From Chromatiales bacterium (GTDB lineage Bacteria; Pseudomonadota; Gammaproteobacteria; SZUA-140), in contig DRLG01000018.1 in NCBI GenBank assembly GCA_011053135.1, positions 1-37,292 on the forward strand: DNA of 37,292 nucleotides. Direction: 5' to 3'. This document shows positions 1 to 9,426 of this stretch, in pieces. The first letter of the stretch is position 1, and every line of letters begins with the position of its first letter. The position numbers and the translations under genes are program-made. The notes under the pieces are model-generated. The model was given only the letters and a program-made list of their open reading frames with translations. It made no database searches and had not been told where the DNA came from.

Positions 1-22
1 AGAGGTTTATGCCAGCCGTTAA
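1..22 (+). CDS. hemC: Probable 3' end of hydroxymethylbilane synthase HemC (partial)
   Basis: The frame starting at base 2 reads EVYASR* (TAA 20-22) and overlaps the hemD ATG. hemC normally directly precedes hemD-hemX-hemY. Only 6 codons are visible, so this is largely a synteny inference. Confidence 0.45.
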
Positions 23-827
23 CCCTCAAAGACGGCTCGATCAACTACGGGTGGTGGTGACACGGCCCGCACACCAGGCCGAACCGCTCTGCCAGATGAT
101 CGAACAGGCGGGCGGTACGGCGATCCGCCTGCCGGTGATCGAGATCGCCCCCCCTTCCGATATTCAGAGCACCCAGGAAAAACTGAGTCGACTAAAAGAT
201 TTTAGCGTTGCCATCTTTACCAGTGCCAATGCTGTTGATGGGCTATTTAAGCTCGCCCCGGCTTCGTTTAGCTGGCCTCAGAAGATTCAGGTCGCCGCGA
301 TCGGCAAACGCACCAGCAGCGCGTTAAGGGCCCATTCCATTTCTGTAGATATCGTTCCAGAGCAGGGGTTTAATAGTGAATCGCTACTAAAACACCCCGT
401 AATGAATGCTGTTTCGGGCAAGAAAATTATGCTCTTCAAGGGGGAAGGTGGGCGTGAACTGCTTGCTCAGGCGCTGATTCAGCGCGGTGCCACTGTTGAG
501 GGGGTCGACCTTTATCGACGAAAAAGGCCAAATGAGGGGCTAAGGAATATACAGCGGGCGGGAAAATCCGGTAGTATCGACCTCTTCATTGTCACTAGCA
601 ATGAAGGACTGCGCAACCTGCTTGAGATGGCCACCGAAACGGAACAGAAGTGGCTGCTCAGAACAGAGCTGGTAGTCATAAGCGAGCGAACTGCTCAGTT
701 TGCTAAAACATTAGGGTTCAGCCAACAACCCGTGGTGGCAGATGAGGCCAGCGATGAGGGTTTACTGAATAGTATAGAACAGTGGTATGCTGACCGGTTC
801 CGGAGGGGAATTCAGCGGGGGGAGTAA
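9..827 (+). CDS. hemD: Uroporphyrinogen-III synthase
   Basis: HemD motifs VVVTRP, IFTSANAV, AIGKRT, SESLL, GEGGRELL and YRR; lies upstream of hemX and hemY. Confidence 0.93.
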   Translation: MPAVNPQRRLDQLRVVVTRPAHQAEPLCQMIEQAGGTAIRLPVIEIAPPSDIQSTQEKLSRLKDFSVAIFTSANAVDGLFKLAPASFSWPQKIQVAAIGKRTSSALRAHSISVDIVPEQGFNSESLLKHPVMNAVSGKKIMLFKGEGGRELLAQALIQRGATVEGVDLYRRKRPNEGLRNIQRAGKSGSIDLFIVTSNEGLRNLLEMATETEQKWLLRTELVVISERTAQFAKTLGFSQQPVVADEASDEGLLNSIEQWYADRFRRGIQRGE

Positions 828-2239
828 TGATGAGCGATAAACCAGCATCGCAACCAAAGAACAAAAAAGAGGAGAAGCAGGCGCCAGAAAGTCGAGCGGT
901 TGCCGTCTCAAAACAGCCAGCACAAGCGGCTGCTCCACAGAAGAGCGGTGGCGGTGGCGCTATTGGAATCCTGGCCCTTATCACAGCCGTGGGTGCGGGT
1001 GGGCTTGGCTATAAAAGCTGGGAAGAATCCAGTAAATTAAACCAGCTTCTGGCGACGCAGGGTGGACAGATTGAGTCCTCAATCAGCACAGCACTTAAAC
1101 CCGCCATCGCCTCAGTGAATGCTGTTGAGTCCGGCCTCGGCAATGTGCAGTCTGAGATCGGCTCAGTACAATCAACGATGAGCGCGCTGCAAAGTGAAAT
1201 AGAGCGCTTGAAGGGTGAGCTAACCTCTCTTCAAAGTGAACTCACCGAGGTTAAAGGTGGTGTCGCAACACTCGAAAGCGCGCAACAGAGCGGCCTCGGT
1301 GACATCAATGCCAATCTCGATGAAAAAATCCAGGGTGTTCAAAGCCTGCATAGCTCGCTAAAAGCGCATCAGAAATCGCTGCAGGATAATGTAAATGCGC
1401 TAAGTGAAGGGCTATCGACACTCCAGTCTGAGGTTAAGGCTGAAGCGGAGAAAGATGACATGTCCGCCTGGGTACTGGCAGAAGTAGAATACCTGCTGCA
1501 CATCGCCAATAGTCGCCTCACGCTTGAGCATGACATCGATGCCGCACTGACTGCGCTCAACTCAGCGGCTAAACAGCTCGCGGAGCTGAACATGGCTGAG
1601 CTTGCGGATATTCAGCAGTTGATCAGTAGCGAAATTGAAGCGCTTGGCACCGTGCCAAAACTTGATATCCCTGCCATGGCGCAAACACTGGCAACGATCG
1701 GTAGTAGCATCAAGCAACTACCATTAGCCAGGCCGCTGGAGAGCAGGCTGGCCAGTGAGAAAGGCACTGACGATGAACGTAAGCAGTGGGAAGTGCTCGC
1801 CGACGAAGTGTGGAGTGCGCTAAAACCTCTGGTCACGGTGCGTAATAGTAAGGATCCAGCAATGGCACCACTGACACCTGAAAAACACGCCTATCTGACT
1901 CAAAACTTACAACTCAAGATCGAATCAGCACGGTTAGCGCTGCTGCGCAACGATGACTCAACCTTTCATGAAAACCTGAAGATTGCCAGTGAATGGCTCG
2001 CTCAGTTTTATGATATTGATTCACCCGAGGGCGCGCAGCTGTTTCAGTCGCTTAACGACCTGCAGCAGATCAAGATCGATATCGAGTTACCTGACATTTC
2101 AGCCTCTCTGGCCGCATTACAAAAATTCATCGCCAGTAAATCACTGAAGGTATCAGCACTCACCAGCAATCGCCATTCAAACCAGATGCTGGCCCTTACA
2201 TCATTAACAAGCGTCTCCCACGGCGCCGCAATTCACTAG
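827..2239 (+). CDS. hemX: HemX family membrane-anchored coiled-coil protein
   Basis: Single N-terminal TM helix, long coiled coil, and HemX motifs WVLAEVEYLL..A..RL and YL.QNLQLKIE.ARLALL; lies between hemD and hemY. Confidence 0.88.
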   Translation: MMSDKPASQPKNKKEEKQAPESRAVAVSKQPAQAAAPQKSGGGGAIGILALITAVGAGGLGYKSWEESSKLNQLLATQGGQIESSISTALKPAIASVNAVESGLGNVQSEIGSVQSTMSALQSEIERLKGELTSLQSELTEVKGGVATLESAQQSGLGDINANLDEKIQGVQSLHSSLKAHQKSLQDNVNALSEGLSTLQSEVKAEAEKDDMSAWVLAEVEYLLHIANSRLTLEHDIDAALTALNSAAKQLAELNMAELADIQQLISSEIEALGTVPKLDIPAMAQTLATIGSSIKQLPLARPLESRLASEKGTDDERKQWEVLADEVWSALKPLVTVRNSKDPAMAPLTPEKHAYLTQNLQLKIESARLALLRNDDSTFHENLKIASEWLAQFYDIDSPEGAQLFQSLNDLQQIKIDIELPDISASLAALQKFIASKSLKVSALTSNRHSNQMLALTSLTSVSHGAAIH

Positions 2240-2257
2240 TAGTGGAGTGACATATTT

Positions 2258-3526
2258 ATGAAACTATTAATCACCGCAATCATCGCTCTCCTGGCTTCTG
2301 TTGCAATCGCACTGTATGCGAAAGATGATCCAGGCTACATCATGGTTAACTACGGCAACTGGACTATGGAGGCGAGCCTGGTGCTTGTCCTGTCCGTCGG
2401 CATTGTCGGCTATATTATCCTTTACCAGTTGACAAAATTATTAGGGGGCACCCTCAAGTCACCCAGGACACTGCTCTCGTGGAATGGCAAGCGCAAAGAG
2501 TGCAAAGCGCGGATGGCCAATGCACAGGGGATGGTCGAACTTGCTGAAGGCAACTGGAAAAAAGCCGAACAGCTTCTGTCACAGAACGCTCAGGCGGGCG
2601 AGCTACCCGTTCTTAACTACCTGGGGGCTGCCCGTGCCGCTCAAAAGCTGGGTGCTAAGGAACGTCGTGATCACTACCTGAAAATGGCGCGCCAGCTTGC
2701 ACCAAGAAACAGCATCGCAGTTTCACTCACTCAGGCCGAGCTGCTAATGAGTAACGGACAACTGGAAGAGGCGGCTCAGAGTCTGAAGCTTCTACGTCAG
2801 TTTGCCCCAAAAAATGAGTCTATCCTCAAACTGCTCGCCAAGCTTTACACCAAAATGGGAGAGTGGAACAAACTGATCGACATCCTGCCAGCGCTGCGTA
2901 AAAACCACGTACTGTCAGCCTTTGACCTGGATCGCCTTGAACATATGGCCTATGCAGAGCTCCTGAAATGTTCAGCACATGATGTTGACCTGCTCAACAA
3001 CGCCTGGCACCGCACACCTCGCCGTATTAGAAAGCAGGAGAGCGTTCTGCTCGAATATACCCATGCGCTCATTGGCCACGGCCAGGGGCATCAGAGCGAA
3101 GAGCTGATCTATCAGGTGATCAACAACAACTGGAATGATGAACTCTGCTATCTTTACGGCATTATCAAGGGCAACAACCTTAGCCGCCAGTATAAAAATG
3201 CAGAGAAACTGCTGCGTAAACAGCGCACCAACCCTGTGCTGCTACTCACCCTGGGTCGCCTGGCGCTCCGCAATGGCGAGCTGGAAAAAGCTCGCGGCTA
3301 TCTTGAAGCGAGCATGCAGGCCGATCCACAACCAGAAACCTGCAAAGAGCTGGCCGCGTTGATGGAGAAGTGTGGTGAGCAGGAGAAGGCGATCGAATAC
3401 TATCGAACAGGACTCTCTATGAGTGTTTCACTGCCGGCACAGGCGCAGCAGATTGCGCTGCCAGCAAGTAATAACAACGTCATCGAAAGTCGTAGCGGTG
3501 TTCTGTTAGCACCCCAGCAGGCCTGA
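2258..3526 (+). CDS. hemY: Heme biosynthesis-associated TPR protein HemY (E. coli-type, HemY_N domain)
   Basis: Two N-terminal TM segments with DPGYIMV.YGNWTME, AEGNWKKAE, and TPR-like helices (LLLTLGRLAL); RBS GGAG upstream. Confidence 0.9.
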   Translation: MKLLITAIIALLASVAIALYAKDDPGYIMVNYGNWTMEASLVLVLSVGIVGYIILYQLTKLLGGTLKSPRTLLSWNGKRKECKARMANAQGMVELAEGNWKKAEQLLSQNAQAGELPVLNYLGAARAAQKLGAKERRDHYLKMARQLAPRNSIAVSLTQAELLMSNGQLEEAAQSLKLLRQFAPKNESILKLLAKLYTKMGEWNKLIDILPALRKNHVLSAFDLDRLEHMAYAELLKCSAHDVDLLNNAWHRTPRRIRKQESVLLEYTHALIGHGQGHQSEELIYQVINNNWNDELCYLYGIIKGNNLSRQYKNAEKLLRKQRTNPVLLLTLGRLALRNGELEKARGYLEASMQADPQPETCKELAALMEKCGEQEKAIEYYRTGLSMSVSLPAQAQQIALPASNNNVIESRSGVLLAPQQA

Positions 3527-3546
3527 CAGGGGCTGCTCAGCCCCTG
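3527..3546. terminator. GC-rich hairpin between convergent genes (candidate bidirectional terminator)
   Basis: Perfect inverted repeat CAGGGGCTG-CT-CAGCCCCTG immediately after the hemY stop; no strong U-tract. Confidence 0.55.
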
Positions 3547-3566
3547 GAGAAACAGCTCAGCTGCTA

Positions 3567-4595
3567 TCAGTTCTCTGATGCAGCTGAGTCTTTTGAAAAT
3601 TCAAACGCGTCGTAAAAGAAGTTTTCCTCAGACAGCCCCTGCGCTGTAAACGCCCTGCGCGCCGCTGAGACCATCACTGGTGGCCCACCGGCATAGACAT
3701 CATAGCCACTAAGGTCTGGAAAATCGTCAAGCACGGCCTGATGCACATACCCTTTACGCCCCGACCACTGATCTCCCTCGGCCACCTCTGAAAGCACAGG
3801 CGTGTAGTTAACCACGCCACGGTCGGCCCACGCTTTCGGCATATCATTCAGATAGAGATCGATTTCAGCGCGTGCCCCCCAGTAAAGATGGATGGGGCGA
3901 TCAATCTTCTCCGCCAGCGCATGTTCAATAATCCCTTTAACAGGTGCAAAGCCGGTGCCGCCCGCCACAAAGATCATCGGGCGTGGTGATGTTTCGCGCA
4001 AATAAAAACCACCCAGCGGCCCCTCGATACGTAGCATCTCTTTCTCCTGCATATCACCGAAAACATGGTCGGTAAATTCACCACCATCAATATAACGGAT
4101 ATGCAGCTCAAGCAATCCGTCATCATGCGGCGCATTCGCCAGCGAGAAGCTACGACGACGCCCATCGCGTAAAATAATATCGATATACTGTCCCGCCAGA
4201 AACTGCATCCGCGAGGCATCAGGTAATTTGAGGTAGACACGCATCACATCCGGCGCCAGTTTATCGAGTTTCACCACTCGAACTGGATACTGTTCAATGC
4301 TGATTTCGTTCGATGAACAGACCTCATCCACCGCAATGGTGAGATCACTGCGGGGTTCAGCACCACAAAACAGCACCATCCCCGCCCGCTTTTCAGCCTC
4401 AGAAAGTGCGACCGGTTCGAGATCTTCGTAGCTCACCTCCCCCGCCAGTAACTTCCCTTTACAGGCGCCACAAACAGCATTCCGACAGCCATAAGCGAGA
4501 CTCACGCCGTTGCGTAACGCAGCGTCGAGAATACTTTCGCCCTCTTCAGCCTCAAAACTTCTGCCGGCCGGGCTGATAACAATTTTAAAACCCAT
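3567..4595 (-). CDS. 2Fe-2S ferredoxin / FAD-NAD(P)H oxidoreductase (CDP-6-deoxy-delta-3,4-glucoseen reductase-like)
   Basis: CRNAVCGAC...C 2Fe-2S motif, RSFSLAN FAD motif, GGTGFAP NAD motif. Start placed at ATG 4595 (MGFKIV) rather than 4646. Confidence 0.88.
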   Translation of the reverse strand: MGFKIVISPAGRSFEAEEGESILDAALRNGVSLAYGCRNAVCGACKGKLLAGEVSYEDLEPVALSEAEKRAGMVLFCGAEPRSDLTIAVDEVCSSNEISIEQYPVRVVKLDKLAPDVMRVYLKLPDASRMQFLAGQYIDIILRDGRRRSFSLANAPHDDGLLELHIRYIDGGEFTDHVFGDMQEKEMLRIEGPLGGFYLRETSPRPMIFVAGGTGFAPVKGIIEHALAEKIDRPIHLYWGARAEIDLYLNDMPKAWADRGVVNYTPVLSEVAEGDQWSGRKGYVHQAVLDDFPDLSGYDVYAGGPPVMVSAARRAFTAQGLSEENFFYDAFEFSKDSAASEN

Positions 4596-4660
4596 TAAAC
4601 TACCCTGATAAGAAATAATAGCCGCACATTGTGCTTTATTTTCCATGCTAGGAAAACCCT

Positions 4661-5572
4661 ATGTTAAATGCCCTTATTATTGGATGCGGCGATATTGGCA
4701 TCCGAGTCGGAGAGAAGCTCCAGCAGCGAGGTTACAGCGTTACGGCTGTTGTCCGCTCAGACAACAGCGCTGCAAAATTAAAAAGGCGCGGCTTCAGCAC
4801 CAGGTGCGAAGATCTCGATCAGCCGATGCTAACGCTGCCGACCATCAGCGATGGCTGCCTGCTCTTCTATTTTGCGCCACCAACAGCAGAGGGTGAACGA
4901 GACCTGCGCATGAGTCACTTTCTCAGCAGCCTTGCCTCGGCCCCACGCCAGCCGGCACGCATTGTCTACATCAGTACCACCGCAGTCTATGCCGATTCAG
5001 ATGGCAGCTGGATTGATGAAACAGCGCCCACTCAACCCGCCACCGCTCGCGGCAAGCGGCGCCTTGATGCTGAACAGCAGCTCATTGAGTATCAACACCA
5101 TCGAGCCACTACCCTCTCGATCCTCCGCGTCGCGGGAATTTACAGCGCCAGCCGCCTCCCCTTCCGACAAATCAAGGCTCGCCAGCCGATCCTGAAGCGA
5201 GTGATCGCTCCTTACTCCAACCGCATCCACGCCGACGACCTTGCTGATATCGCTATCGCCGCGGCGCTCAACACCACAACCTCTGTCGCGATCTTTAACG
5301 CCAGCGACGGCCGCCCTGGCTCCATCTCACAATATTTCTGGGAGGTCGCTGCTGCCTTCGCTCTGCCAGAACCGCCAGAAATCACCTGGGAGGCTGCCCA
5401 GCAGCTCCTCTCGCCAGGGATGCTTAGCTATTTGCGGGAATCAAAGCGGATCGATAGTCGGCGGCTAACAACAGAACTGGGCGTGTCACTACGTTACCCC
5501 ACCCTTGAGCTGGGGCTACAGCAGTGTGTTGCGGAACTGGAACAGAATGGCAACCAGACGAGCAGCCATTAG
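4661..5572 (+). CDS. Atypical SDR / NAD-dependent epimerase-dehydratase family protein (YeeZ-like)
   Basis: IIGCGDIG Rossmann motif, YISTTAVY, LRVAGIY, NRIHADDLA. Confidence 0.85.
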   Translation: MLNALIIGCGDIGIRVGEKLQQRGYSVTAVVRSDNSAAKLKRRGFSTRCEDLDQPMLTLPTISDGCLLFYFAPPTAEGERDLRMSHFLSSLASAPRQPARIVYISTTAVYADSDGSWIDETAPTQPATARGKRRLDAEQQLIEYQHHRATTLSILRVAGIYSASRLPFRQIKARQPILKRVIAPYSNRIHADDLADIAIAAALNTTTSVAIFNASDGRPGSISQYFWEVAAAFALPEPPEITWEAAQQLLSPGMLSYLRESKRIDSRRLTTELGVSLRYPTLELGLQQCVAELEQNGNQTSSH

Positions 5573-5627
5573 CGTGCTTCCCACGCTCCCCGTGGCTCTA
5601 CTGACAGGGATTAGAGATTAAGGCGTT

Positions 5628-5858
5628 TCAGCCCTGAAACTCTTCGCGTTTTTTGCGACGTGTCGCCTTTTCGAAATTGATCTCCAGATCTAGCAGTTTC
5701 CACTGCTCAATATCGATAATGACCCTGGAGCCATTCAGGTACTCAACCACGACCTTTGATAAGGATGAGTCACGATAACTAACGGCGCGAACTTTTAGCA
5801 GCTGCCCCGTTAAATTGACATACCACGAACCTACAATCGGCTTTTGCTGGATGGACAT
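5628..5858 (-). CDS. Small hypothetical protein (resembles DUF6763-type small beta proteins)
   Basis: 76-aa ORF filling the gap between genes, GAGG upstream, pattern P.VG.WY....G....V.......V.VEY..G. The family resemblance is from memory only. Confidence 0.6.
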   Translation of the reverse strand: MSIQQKPIVGSWYVNLTGQLLKVRAVSYRDSSLSKVVVEYLNGSRVIIDIEQWKLLDLEINFEKATRRKKREEFQG

Positions 5859-5930
5859 ATGGTAACCCTCAGTTTCAGACAGATATGAACTCCTGTCGCC
5901 TGTCGGTACTACCGCTCCCTGATAGTGTCA

Positions 5931-5936
5931 ATTATA
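5931..5936 (-). promoter_or_regulatory. Candidate sigma70 -10 box for the 76-aa gene
   Basis: Perfect TATAAT on the minus strand about 70 bp upstream of the start, with TTGGAT 18 nt further upstream. Confidence 0.35.
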
Positions 5937-6012
5937 ACCGATTCGATAGCGCTTATCCAACCAACAACTAACAGATCAATCAGTTACAGCTCACCCTAAG
6001 TCCGACAGACTC

Positions 6013-6729
6013 CTAGCCGCACTTGGAGTCGCCACAATTCAGGCAGGTCATGCAGCCATCCATTTTGATCATCGCCCGGGTGCTGCACTTATTGCAGAGC
6101 TGCGCGCCCGCAGGGAATGAGCTGTCGGCCCTCTCTGCGCTGGCAGCCTGCGCTCCTGCTGCATCAAACTGCTCGCGCTTCTCGTCGAGAAAACGCTTTT
6201 GATGATCATCAAGCGTATCATCCTTGATCATGCCGATCAGGCGCAGATGCTGGTCGATCACCTCGCCGATCTCAGCCACCAGCGACGGCATGAATTTACC
6301 ACCACGTTTAAAATAGCCACCACGCGGGTCAAAAACCGAACGTAGCTCTTCAACCAGAAAGGTGACATCCCCCCCCTTTCTGAAGACCGCTGAAATAATC
6401 CGCGTTAGCGCCACAATCCACTGGAAGTGGTCCATATTTTTGGAGTTAATAAAGACCTCAAACGGACGCCGCAACTCATGCTCGGTTCCCTGGTTCAGGA
6501 TCACATCATTTATGGTGACATAAAGTGCATGCTCGGTCAGCGGTGTCTTCACCTTATATGTCGAACCCAGCAGCATCTCCGGGCGCTCCAGCTTCTCATG
6601 CATGTGGATCACATTAGAGATCGACTCCACTTTCTCTGCGCTGCTTACCACCTCAGCCGCTGGCAGCCCCTTTTCCTCTTCATTTACTACGTCATAGCTG
6701 ACGATTTTTTTACCAATCTTTGTGGCCAT
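6013..6729 (-). CDS. nrdJb: Class II ribonucleotide reductase C-terminal subunit NrdJb (TSCPD domain)
   Basis: RPE.L.G.TYK.K.P...ALYVTIND, PFEVFINSK, C-terminal CNKC...CMTCLNCGDSKCG cysteine cluster; directly downstream of nrdJa. Confidence 0.9.
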   Translation of the reverse strand: MATKIGKKIVSYDVVNEEEKGLPAAEVVSSAEKVESISNVIHMHEKLERPEMLLGSTYKVKTPLTEHALYVTINDVILNQGTEHELRRPFEVFINSKNMDHFQWIVALTRIISAVFRKGGDVTFLVEELRSVFDPRGGYFKRGGKFMPSLVAEIGEVIDQHLRLIGMIKDDTLDDHQKRFLDEKREQFDAAGAQAASAERADSSFPAGAQLCNKCSTRAMIKMDGCMTCLNCGDSKCG

Positions 6730-6773
6730 CTTTCTATTTCTCCCCGATTTTCCAGTGCCCGCTATCCCGTAAA

Positions 6774-8927
6774 TTAAAATTTACCGTAGTAGCCCTCTTT
6801 TAGCGCGTCATATAGATTTGCCGCGCTATGCACCTCGCCATCATATTCAATCTCTTCATTACCCTTCACCTCCACCACGGAGCCATCTTCCAGCGTAAAG
6901 CGGTAGGTGGTATTTTCCAGATCGGTCTCTTTCACCAGCACGCCCTGAAATGCCTCTGGGTTAAAACGAAAAGTTGTACACCCCTTTAGCCCCTGCTCAT
7001 AGGCGTAGAGGTAGATATCCTTGAACGCTTCGTAGTCGTAATCACTCGGCACGTTAGCGGTCTTGGAGATCGAAGAGTCGATCCAGCGCTGTGCAGCAGC
7101 CTGCACATCAACATGCGATTTTGGTGTGATGTCATCAGCCGTAATGAAATATTCCGGCAGCTGGTTCACGCTATCGTTCGACTCGGGTGACGCCTCACTG
7201 TTGATCAGCTCGCGGTAGGCCAGCAGCTCAAATGAGAAGACATCGACCTTCTCTTTGCTCTTTTTCCCTTCACGGATCACATTGCGTGAATATTGATGCG
7301 CGAAGCTTGGCTCGATGCCGTTGCTGGCGTTGTTGGCCAGCGAAAGCGAGATTGTGCCGGTCGGTGCGATCGAGCTGTGGTGGGTAAAACGCGCACCGGT
7401 TTCGGCCAGTGCTGCCACCAGTTCAGGATCCTCTTTGGCGATCTGCTGCATATAGCGGCTATATTTCGCATGCAGCACTTTACCTTTAATCGTATCGCCA
7501 ACGGCATAACCGTCGTCAGCCATCTCCGGGCGTTTGCGCAGCATCTCGGCAGTCACGCTGAAATCTTCTTCCAGAATGGGCGCAGCCCCCTTCTCTTTAG
7601 CAAGGTCCAGCGCCGCCTGCCAGCCGACCATCGCCATCTTGCGGGTCACCTCTTCGGTGAACGCCAGTGATTCTTTATCACCGTACTGCATCCGCAACAT
7701 CGTCATGGTTGATCCCAGCCCCAGATACCCCATGCCGTGGCGACGTTTCCCTTCGATCTCTCTGCGCTGCTGCTCCAGCGGCAGCCCATTAATCTCCACC
7801 ACATTATCGAGCATGCGGGTAAAGATGCTAACCGTCTTGCCATATTCATCCCAGTCGAAGCTCGCCTCTTCGGTAAATGGATTGCGCACAAAGCGGGTCA
7901 GATTAATCGACCCCAACAGGCACGAGCCGTAAGGTGGCAACGGCTGTTCACCGCAGGGGTTGGTGGCGCGGATATTTTCGCAGAACCAGTTATTGTTCAT
8001 CTCATTCACCTTATCGATCAGGATAAAGCCCGGCTCGGCATAATCGTAGGTCGAAGACATGATCACATCCCACAAACGGCGCGCGCGGATGGTCTTACTC
8101 ACGCGGCAGGCGACCAGCCCCGCTTCGTTTTCAATATAGCCCGCTTTTAGTGGCCACTCACGCCACACCACCTGCGCCGGGTTATTCAGGTCGATCTCGC
8201 CATTTTCGATATCACTGGGCTTCGCAGGGAAGGCGAGCTTCCAGTCACTGTCACTCACCACCGCCTCCATAAACTCTTTGGTAATGAGCAGCGAGAGATT
8301 GAACTGGCGCAGACGACCATCCTCGCGCTTCGCCTTGATAAAATCGAGCACATCGGGGTGACCGATATCAAAGGTACCCATCTGTGCGCCACGACGGCCG
8401 CCGGCGCTTGAGACGGTAAAACACATCTTGTCGTAGATATCCATAAACGACATCGGCCCCGAGGTGTAGGCGCCCGCGCCCGAGACATAACCCCCTTTGG
8501 GGCGCAACGTTGAGAACTCATAGCCGATGCCACAACCCGCTTTTAGCGTCAGCCCCGCCTCATGAACCTTTCCCAGAATGTCATCCATCGAGTCTTTAAT
8601 GATGCCGGAGACGGTACAATTGATGGTAGAAGTGGCCGGTTTATACGCCTGCGCCCCCGCATTAGAGGTGATTCGCCCCGCCGGGATTGCGCCGTGACGC
8701 AGCGCCCACAGAAACGCCTCATGCCAGTAGTCGCGTTTCTCCTGCGTCTCTTCAACATCAGCCAGTGCGCGCGCAACGCGCTGATAAGTGTCGTCAATCG
8801 ACTGATCGATCGCATCGCCCGCCTTGTTTTTGAGGCAATATTTTTTATCCCAGATATCAAGAGACGCAGCCTGAAACGGGATCTCAGATGCGGCAGTGGA
8901 AACGACTCGAAGGTGCGCACTTTTCAT
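6774..8927 (-). CDS. nrdJa: Adenosylcobalamin-dependent ribonucleoside-diphosphate reductase NrdJa
   Basis: Motifs PAGRI, TINC, GGRRGAQM, TNPCGEQPL...CLLGSIN, IAPTGTIS and SSISKT. Start set at ATG 8927 (GGAGAG RBS); the ORF track's extension to 9137 overlaps an NrdR box and is AT-rich. Confidence 0.95.
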   Translation of the reverse strand: MKSAHLRVVSTAASEIPFQAASLDIWDKKYCLKNKAGDAIDQSIDDTYQRVARALADVEETQEKRDYWHEAFLWALRHGAIPAGRITSNAGAQAYKPATSTINCTVSGIIKDSMDDILGKVHEAGLTLKAGCGIGYEFSTLRPKGGYVSGAGAYTSGPMSFMDIYDKMCFTVSSAGGRRGAQMGTFDIGHPDVLDFIKAKREDGRLRQFNLSLLITKEFMEAVVSDSDWKLAFPAKPSDIENGEIDLNNPAQVVWREWPLKAGYIENEAGLVACRVSKTIRARRLWDVIMSSTYDYAEPGFILIDKVNEMNNNWFCENIRATNPCGEQPLPPYGSCLLGSINLTRFVRNPFTEEASFDWDEYGKTVSIFTRMLDNVVEINGLPLEQQRREIEGKRRHGMGYLGLGSTMTMLRMQYGDKESLAFTEEVTRKMAMVGWQAALDLAKEKGAAPILEEDFSVTAEMLRKRPEMADDGYAVGDTIKGKVLHAKYSRYMQQIAKEDPELVAALAETGARFTHHSSIAPTGTISLSLANNASNGIEPSFAHQYSRNVIREGKKSKEKVDVFSFELLAYRELINSEASPESNDSVNQLPEYFITADDITPKSHVDVQAAAQRWIDSSISKTANVPSDYDYEAFKDIYLYAYEQGLKGCTTFRFNPEAFQGVLVKETDLENTTYRFTLEDGSVVEVKGNEEIEYDGEVHSAANLYDALKEGYYGKF

Positions 8928-9070
8928 TATATGGCTCTCTCCCATTTTTATTTTTTTATATCTCTCTGGTTTTATTCTGTATTTCCAACATCCCCAGACA
9001 CCCCACTGCACAGTCAACAAAGGCCAACCCGCGCTCAATTTGGTAAATAAAGAGATTAAAGAAAAACAAA

Positions 9071-9086
9071 ACACAATATATTGTGC
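9071..9086. promoter_or_regulatory. NrdR box
   Basis: ACACAATATATTGTGC matches the NrdR consensus acaCwAtATaTwGtgt; the core CACAATATATTGTG is a perfect palindrome; upstream of nrdJa. Confidence 0.85.
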
Positions 9087-9245
9087 TACAGACAGGAGGT
9101 TAGAACTAAACAGCACCGCCGTCAACCACCTGAACAAGTGTGATATAAAAAATTAACCACAATAATAACAACAGGTTATTAATCATAACCCTGTATTTAT
9201 AGGGTGGAAATTTTATCCATTCACAAAACCCGAAAAAAGACATAA

Positions 9246-9261
9246 TCACTATATATTGTGT
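9246..9261. promoter_or_regulatory. Second NrdR box
   Basis: TCACTATATATTGTGT matches the NrdR consensus; lies in the nrdJa/degQ divergent spacer. Confidence 0.78.
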
Positions 9262-9318
9262 TTTGATTTTCATCGACTACTTGCGGAACAAACACTTATA
9301 ATCAACCGCTCACGCCCC

Positions 9319-9349
9319 CTTGAAAAGGGAGCGCCTAACACCCACATTA
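9319..9349 (+). promoter_or_regulatory. Candidate sigma32 (RpoH) promoter for the protease gene
   Basis: CTTGAAA-N16-CCACATTA versus consensus CTTGAAA-N13-17-CCCCATnT; about 80 bp upstream of a protease/chaperone gene. Confidence 0.5.
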
Positions 9350-9426
9350 TGTTGAACAAATAAGATCAGACCGTTGTACCAGCGAAAAACAGACAGCGAT
9401 CAACCAATCCTACTGGAGACCTCTTA

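Noticed and set aside
8928-9137. 70-aa N-terminal extension of NrdJa in the ORF track
   Set aside because: AT-rich, overlaps an NrdR box, and a good RBS precedes ATG 8927; this is regulatory DNA.
9188-9205. Palindrome ACCCTGTATTTATAGGGT as a LexA or third NrdR box
   Set aside because: Lacks CTG-N10-CAG spacing and does not fit the NrdR register; left unassigned.
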